DNA of 43,046 nucleotides from a virus: IMG/VR virus record IMGVR_UViG_3300045988_012163; one strand, 5' to 3'. Shown piece by piece: positions 38,316 to 43,046 of this stretch (position 1 is its first letter; each line of letters starts with the position of its first letter). The notes under the pieces were generated by a model. It saw only the letters and a program-made list of their open reading frames with translations, ran no database searches and was not told where the DNA came from. The position numbers and the translations under genes were made by a program.

Positions 38316-38753
38316 TTATCCCGACTCCCACCAAGAGTCGGTGTAGATTTCTGCGTTGTAGGGTCTCCACGTGTCCGTGTAGATGTACGGCGTATACGCT
38401 CGCCACATATCCGTGTAGATGTACACCGCGCCGCCCGTAGTGCCGCCGCCATCTGTGGTAAACGATCCGCTGTCGGAATAGCTGGTCTCCACCCATTGAT
38501 TGAGGTTGGTGTCCCAATAGCAGAGCACTGCCTCCCAATCGTAGGTTTTGCCGGGGGTAAGTCCGTCGAACGAATCCGTAAACGTGTTGTTCGCGCCGGA
38601 ATCCTCGTTCGAGGTCAAGTAATACCCGTACCCCAGAATGCCGGTCACGTAGATCGCACGCGCTCGGTCGTGGTAGCTGTCTCCGTAAAACGTGCCGTTG
38701 AGGACGGCTGTCGTCGACCCCGTCGCTGTAACGCTGACGCTAAAACTTGCCAT
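38316..38753 (-). CDS. Tail accessory protein with C-terminal 3 x 12-aa IYTDxW repeats
   Basis: VYIYTDMWRAYTPYIYTDTWRPYNAEIYTDSWW. Underlying 36-nt DNA repeats at about 38338..38445. Confidence 0.5.
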   Translation of the reverse strand: MASFSVSVTATGSTTAVLNGTFYGDSYHDRARAIYVTGILGYGYYLTSNEDSGANNTFTDSFDGLTPGKTYDWEAVLCYWDTNLNQWVETSYSDSGSFTTDGGGTTGGAVYIYTDMWRAYTPYIYTDTWRPYNAEIYTDSWWESG

Positions 38754-38756
38754 GCG

Positions 38757-39842
38757 TCACCTCACTGAACGGAGGAAAAACAGTTTTCCCCAGCTGCCAG
38801 CCGGTAAGTTATCTCCGTACATCTGGCTGCCGATATACAGCTCGCCGCCGCCGAGCGACACAATGTTGTTGGACAGCGTGATAAATCCACCGTAGGCGCC
38901 GCTGGCTTTTAGGTATACGTTAGTCGCCGATTCCAGCTTGATACCGCCATAGAGGGTTTTAATGCCGATACCATAGTCAACATTCGTCTCGACGAGCGAA
39001 AGTTCGCCCACTTTGGTATTGCTGTTTGCCAGGAGTTCCACCGTCTGGCCGCGCAACTTCTGCGCTGTGATAGAAGTGCTGTCAATGTACGTCGCGATTG
39101 CATTGTCGACCTCGCTTGCGCTCAGGCCCGCGTTGTTGTCGACGTAGGTCTTCGTAGCATAATTCGAGCCGTCCTTGAGATCGCCGACGCGGATGCTGCC
39201 GGTCTGGATTTGGTCGGCTGTCAGCGTACCCTTGATATTCGCCGCATCGACGTACAGATTATCCGTCTTGATGCTGCTGCCGTTGATCTTGGTCGTGCCG
39301 CTCGCGTCCGTCACCGTCAGGCCGTCCAGCGTGGTTTTGACCTCAGTGTACTTGCCGTCGATGCCCTCGACCTTGAGCATGATCGCCTCGCTGGTTTTGG
39401 TGATGAGCGAACGGGTTTTTGCCATGTTGCGCTCGATCTGCCGCTGCGTCGGCGATTTGTACGGGTACTCGTCGTCGATCTCGTCCGCGTCCGGCGCGGA
39501 GATGTCCGGCGCGAGCATTGGTTCAAACGTCATGTCCAGCGCGATGAGGGGCACATAAAGCCCGTCTACCGTCACCGCGTCGCCAAGCTCGACCGCAGGG
39601 TCAAGCAGCGCCTCGCTGCCCTCGTAGCCGATGTGCTTGTATCCGGAGACTTTGGTGAGGATCGACGCCGCCATCGCATTTGTGCCGTCCGGCTGCAAGG
39701 CCGTCAGCGTCCGTCCGGTGTCCGATCCGGACACGCCGACCACGTCGCCGTTCTCGTCAAGCAACTCGACCTTTGTAATAGGCTGCGACGCGATGCCCGG
39801 GGAAAACTCCGCCAGCCGCCGCCCTAAATAGGTTTTGTCCAT
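38757..39842 (-). CDS. Tail-associated (Tal-like) minor structural protein
   Basis: 361 aa, third gene after the tape measure. Beta-rich C-terminal half. Confidence 0.5.
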   Translation of the reverse strand: MDKTYLGRRLAEFSPGIASQPITKVELLDENGDVVGVSGSDTGRTLTALQPDGTNAMAASILTKVSGYKHIGYEGSEALLDPAVELGDAVTVDGLYVPLIALDMTFEPMLAPDISAPDADEIDDEYPYKSPTQRQIERNMAKTRSLITKTSEAIMLKVEGIDGKYTEVKTTLDGLTVTDASGTTKINGSSIKTDNLYVDAANIKGTLTADQIQTGSIRVGDLKDGSNYATKTYVDNNAGLSASEVDNAIATYIDSTSITAQKLRGQTVELLANSNTKVGELSLVETNVDYGIGIKTLYGGIKLESATNVYLKASGAYGGFITLSNNIVSLGGGELYIGSQMYGDNLPAGSWGKLFFLRSVR

Positions 39843-39852
39843 GTTGCCCTCC

Positions 39853-40557
39853 TTAAACGAGGATTCGCACGCCGCCGAAGGTGATGGCGCTGCCGGTCTC
39901 CGTCACCAGATAATTGGTTTCTTTCGGCATGGAGTTGAGACCTACCAGCAGCAGCTTCCCGTCGTCCGTGATGATCCAGTTCCCCGCGTTGGCGACCGCA
40001 ATACGCCCCAGCGCCTCACGCATCGTCATATCGCCCTCGCTGTCCACAGGATATTGCATCGGGAACGCCGCATCCAATACCGTGCGGCTGTCCACTGCCA
40101 CCCCCATGCGCGCCGCGATATCCGCGACCGCCGTCGCCGCCGGCATCGGCCATGTCTCCGCGTCATAGCTGCTGTCGAGCCACGTCTCCTCGGCTTTGAG
40201 CATCGCATCATACCCGTGCACACTCAAGACGCCCGTGATCCGGTCAGTCTTGCGCGTGGAGAAGAAAAACACGCCTTTGGGAATCCACTCACTCGCTTGC
40301 TCGCCGAGCACCAGCCGCGCAAATACTTCAATTTTTGCCTGCCGTGGAATCGTGCCTTTTGGGTAAAGCTCGACGTCGATTTGCCGCGCCGAACAATTAC
40401 CAATGCCAAAGGTGGAATACAGTCCGCCATACACTCGTAAGCTGTTTTTTACGATGTCCGCTTGACTATATTCCACCCCCGCAATGCTTAATTTGGTTTC
40501 TACGCGATGATTCCGGTTAGCAAGCAGTGTTAAGTATAAATCACTTACGCTGTGCAT
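39853..40557 (-). CDS. Baseplate hub / tail tip protein
   Basis: 234 aa, second gene after the tape measure. Confidence 0.5.
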   Translation of the reverse strand: MHSVSDLYLTLLANRNHRVETKLSIAGVEYSQADIVKNSLRVYGGLYSTFGIGNCSARQIDVELYPKGTIPRQAKIEVFARLVLGEQASEWIPKGVFFFSTRKTDRITGVLSVHGYDAMLKAEETWLDSSYDAETWPMPAATAVADIAARMGVAVDSRTVLDAAFPMQYPVDSEGDMTMREALGRIAVANAGNWIITDDGKLLLVGLNSMPKETNYLVTETGSAITFGGVRILV

Positions 40558-40922
40558 TAAATCTCCCTCAACTGTATCTCTCCGCCCTTATACCTGCGTT
40601 TACCGTCGGCAGACACAAGCGCAAACGCCGCGTCAAGATTGCTTGTCACGCGCATCGGTTTTACCAAGTCTGTCTTGGTATGCGGGTCGGAAAATGTCAC
40701 CTCAATGGTCGATGCGCGCAGCGCGTCGCAATATGCCGTCGCCTCGTCCTCCGTCATCGGGAAGAGGGAGAACGTCACAACATAGCGGTCTTTGCTCCGC
40801 GCCGCGTGCTCCACATCGTCCATCGTCACAATGATTTTGCTATAGCTTACTTCCCGCTGCACGGAGTATGTGGATAACCTCTCGTGCACGTCAAGCGCGC
40901 CGAGTTTCAGCGTGATATCCAT
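40557..40922 (-). CDS. Distal tail protein-like small protein
   Basis: 121 aa, abuts the tape measure stop. Confidence 0.45.
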   Translation of the reverse strand: MDITLKLGALDVHERLSTYSVQREVSYSKIIVTMDDVEHAARSKDRYVVTFSLFPMTEDEATAYCDALRASTIEVTFSDPHTKTDLVKPMRVTSNLDAAFALVSADGKRRYKGGEIQLREI

Positions 40923-42422
40923 TTACACCCCCATTGCTCGTTGGAGCTGCCTGTTGTATTTGTATGCCGTCTCACCAATCACCTTCCCGTCAAGCACGGA
41001 CTGCACAACGATGTGGATATCACCGCCCATGCCGCTGAGGGAAGATAGCGCGCTGCGCATCTGACCGCCGAAAGATTGCTCCGCGCCGATCTGTGCTGTG
41101 CCGAAGTCCAGCCCACCAGTGATGCCGCGCTTGATGCTGTCGTACTCGTTGTCCCAGCCCTCGCCAAGGCCCAGCGCCATATTCTCACCGATCCCCGCAA
41201 ATACTCGAGACGGAGAATGGATCCCGAGTTTGCTTTTCACGCCTGAAACAATTCCGGAGAAAAAGTTTCCGACTTTATTCTTGATCCAGCTGCCCATTGC
41301 CTTGATTCCTTCCCACAAGCCCTTCACGATTTGCTTACCGACATCTACGATGTCGGGGAGTGAAGAAACAAAGGTCTTTACAATGGTCGCCATCATGTCA
41401 AGCACCGACCGAACGATCTGCGGCAAATTATCAGCAAGGCCGCTGACGATCGCCAACACCATCTTCATGCCCAGCTCAATGACCTGCGGCAGTTTTTCGA
41501 CGGCATAGCCGACGAATTTCTCGATCATTTCAGGGCCTTTTTCCTGCACCACAACGCCAATGTTTTCAAGGACCCTCTCAACGACCGGCAAGAGATTTTC
41601 CGCCACCGTCACGGCGCTGCCCAAAAGGTTCGTGATGAGTTCTGCCATGTCGGCGTTTTCATCGCCCAGCCCCGTGATAAAGTTGTCATACGCCGCTTTC
41701 ATCGACGCAATAGAGCCTTGAATCGTCGTACTGGCTTCCAGCTGCGTCGTGCCCGTGATGCCCATTTCCGTCTGCACGGTATGGATAGCGTCTACGATAT
41801 CCGCGTAGCTGCTGATGGTGTAGTTGGTATAATTGCCCTGCGCGGCATTTAAGGCGTTCGCATCGTCCAAAAGACGCTGCATTTCTTCTTTTGTGCCGCC
41901 ATAGCCCAGCTTTAGGTTGTCCAGCATGGTGTAGTTCTGCTTGGCGAAGCCCTGATAAGCGTTCTGGATGGACTGCATGTCCGTGCCCATCTTATTGGCG
42001 TTGTCGCTCATGTCGGTGATGGCCAGATTCGCCTTTTCCGCTGCCGCGTCCGTGTCTCCGCCCATCGATTGCAGCAGAGACGCAGAAAATGCCGTCACGG
42101 TGGTCATGTACTCGTTGGCGCTCATGCCCGCCGTCTGGTATGCGTTCGCGGCGTACTGCATCACGGTGTCGGCAGAGGACTTAAAAAGCGTTTCCACGCC
42201 GCCGACCAGCTGCTCATACTCGCCGTAGCTTTGGATCGCTGCTGCGCCAATGTTTTTTACCGCGCCTGCAACAGCTTTCACGCCTGCAACAATGGCTTGC
42301 CCTGCAATATTGGCTTTCAGCACGTCGCCAAAGCTCAATGCCTTTTCTTTGGTATCCCCGAGGTTTTTATCTACTTCGCTCGTGTCAACGCTGATTTTGA
42401 CAAAAAGGTCTAATAAATTCAT
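40923..42422 (-). CDS. Tape measure protein
   Basis: Likely start MNLLDLFVKISVDTS at 42422 after GGTGAG. Long helical A/G/V/I-rich sequence with NKMGTDMQSIQNAYQGFAKQNYTMLDNLKLGYGGTKEEM, typical of tape measure proteins. Confidence 0.85.
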   Translation of the reverse strand: MNLLDLFVKISVDTSEVDKNLGDTKEKALSFGDVLKANIAGQAIVAGVKAVAGAVKNIGAAAIQSYGEYEQLVGGVETLFKSSADTVMQYAANAYQTAGMSANEYMTTVTAFSASLLQSMGGDTDAAAEKANLAITDMSDNANKMGTDMQSIQNAYQGFAKQNYTMLDNLKLGYGGTKEEMQRLLDDANALNAAQGNYTNYTISSYADIVDAIHTVQTEMGITGTTQLEASTTIQGSIASMKAAYDNFITGLGDENADMAELITNLLGSAVTVAENLLPVVERVLENIGVVVQEKGPEMIEKFVGYAVEKLPQVIELGMKMVLAIVSGLADNLPQIVRSVLDMMATIVKTFVSSLPDIVDVGKQIVKGLWEGIKAMGSWIKNKVGNFFSGIVSGVKSKLGIHSPSRVFAGIGENMALGLGEGWDNEYDSIKRGITGGLDFGTAQIGAEQSFGGQMRSALSSLSGMGGDIHIVVQSVLDGKVIGETAYKYNRQLQRAMGV

Positions 42423-42461
42423 GTTCTCACCACGCTTTTTGGTGTTTTTGGCGAAAAGCCC

Positions 42462-42490
42462 TTGAAAAGTCAAGGCTTATGTAGTACAAT
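42462..42490 (+). promoter_or_regulatory. Promoter of the PH-domain moron (TTGAAA-17-TACAAT)
   Basis: TTGAAA at 42462..42467, 17-nt spacer, TACAAT at 42485..42490. Confidence 0.6.
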
Positions 42491-42512
42491 TTCAGGAAAG
42501 GAGGGTTTTGCC

Positions 42513-42896
42513 ATGATCAATTTCAACAAAGATTCCGCATTTGACTTAAAGCCTATTCCCATTGCCGAAGTCCGCGACGAGGTCAACGGTCTTTTGATCG
42601 CGGGCGAAGAGATCGCCTGCGCGTTCAAAACGATCCGCGACCAGCTTATCTTCACCAACAAGCGCATTATTTCCGTTGACGTGCAGGGCATCACCGGAAA
42701 GCGGAAATCGTTCAGCTCCATGCCCTTTTCCAGGGTGCAGTTCTTCGCTATCCAGACACCCGGCCTTGTTGAGCTGATCCCCGACAGCGAGCTTGTCCTG
42801 ACGTTTTCCAATGGCTTTACCGCCAAATTTGAGTTCAAAGGCGATACCGACATCGGGAAGATCGGCCGCATGATCTCGGAATACGTTCTCAAATAA
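42513..42896 (+). CDS. Bacterial PH-domain (YokE-like) protein
   Basis: AAAGGAGGG RBS. LLIAGEEIACAFKTIRDQLIFTNKRIISVDVQGITGKRKSFSSMPFSRVQFFAIQTPG...DSELVLTFSNG matches the bacterial PH pattern. Confidence 0.7.
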   Translation: MINFNKDSAFDLKPIPIAEVRDEVNGLLIAGEEIACAFKTIRDQLIFTNKRIISVDVQGITGKRKSFSSMPFSRVQFFAIQTPGLVELIPDSELVLTFSNGFTAKFEFKGDTDIGKIGRMISEYVLK

Positions 42897-42899
42897 CGC

Positions 42900-43046
42900 C
42901 TATCCCTCCGCCGCCCCGTCAGGGGCGGCTTTTTTTATCGTCAGCCCGCACCGCGCGATAATATCGGCGGTAATCTCTTCGCACGTTCTGTTGTCCTGCT
43001 TCTTCGGCTCAATGATGTCCGCGTATCGCGCCTTGATATAGTTCCC
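42900..43046 (-). CDS. 3' end of the gpT-like chaperone extension (same ORF as 1..238 through the circular junction)
   Basis: Continues ...TIKKAAPDGAAEG to TAG at 42902..42900. Confidence 0.5.
   Translation of the reverse strand, partial: GNYIKARYADIIEPKKQDNRTCEEITADIIARCGLTIKKAAPDGAAEG
42910..42936 (+). terminator. Plus-strand intrinsic terminator of the PH-domain gene
   Basis: GCCGCCCC-GTCA-GGGGCGGC followed by TTTTTTT. There is no U-run on the minus strand. Confidence 0.8.
42928..43046. repeat. Terminal direct repeat copy 2
   Basis: Identical to 1..119. Confidence 0.95.

Larger units (their letters stand above)
1..43046. mobile_element. Complete temperate siphovirus-type phage genome (circular form, attP intact)
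   Basis: Full set of packaging, head, tail, lysis, lysogeny (integrase, repressor/Cro switch) and replication modules. The termini are identical and overlap. Confidence 0.9.

Noticed and set aside
36836-38753. Possible diversity-generating retroelement target in the fibre genes.
   Set aside because: No reverse transcriptase gene and no template/variable repeat pair are present anywhere in the genome. The repeats are short tandem coding repeats.

Overview
The window is a complete, circularly closed genome of a temperate siphovirus-type phage. Bases 1..119 are identical to 42928..43046, so the unique length is 42,927 bp. The coding style (SD-type RBSs, ATGA stop/start overlaps, XhlA/holin/M15 lysis cassette, SPP1-like head genes) points to a moderately GC-rich Firmicutes/Clostridia-type host.

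Most genes are on the minus strand. In transcription order (descending coordinates):
- Cro-like early operon, 23772 to about 11446. It carries recombination and replication genes (Gp157, Rad52-like SSAP, NinB-like, SSB, replisome organizer, G39P-like loader, DUF1064). It also carries a large anti-restriction/anti-defence set: two Dam-like methyltransferases and one C5-type methyltransferase, a Lar-like ORF, a DUF2829/Tad2-like protein and an ASCH protein.
- RinA-like late regulator, followed by a 477-bp structured non-coding gap.
- Packaging genes: terS, an embedded Dam-like methyltransferase, then terL.
- Head genes: portal, a MuF protein with a lethal-factor-like HExxH domain, scaffold and capsid.
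- Connectors, major tail protein and a G/GT-type chaperone that crosses the circular junction.
- Tape measure, baseplate and fibre genes.
- Lysis cassette: XhlA, two holin-like proteins and an M15 endolysin.

Plus-strand or accessory islands:
- A face-to-face genetic switch with an AT-rich immunity region, 23.8-25.9 kb.
- A membrane-anchored XRE protein plus tyrosine integrase and an attP carrying a tRNA/tmRNA 3' fragment, 26.0-27.7 kb.
- A moron region, 27.7-33.5 kb. It holds a BclA-CTD-like protein, a homing-endonuclease-like gene with an RHH gene, a five-gene Q/P/G/Cys-rich operon, and an acr/aca-like cassette.
- A PH-domain moron, antisense inside the tail operon.

No rRNA genes, complete tRNA genes, CRISPR arrays or transposases were seen. 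All family assignments come from motif recognition by eye and need HMM or structure confirmation.
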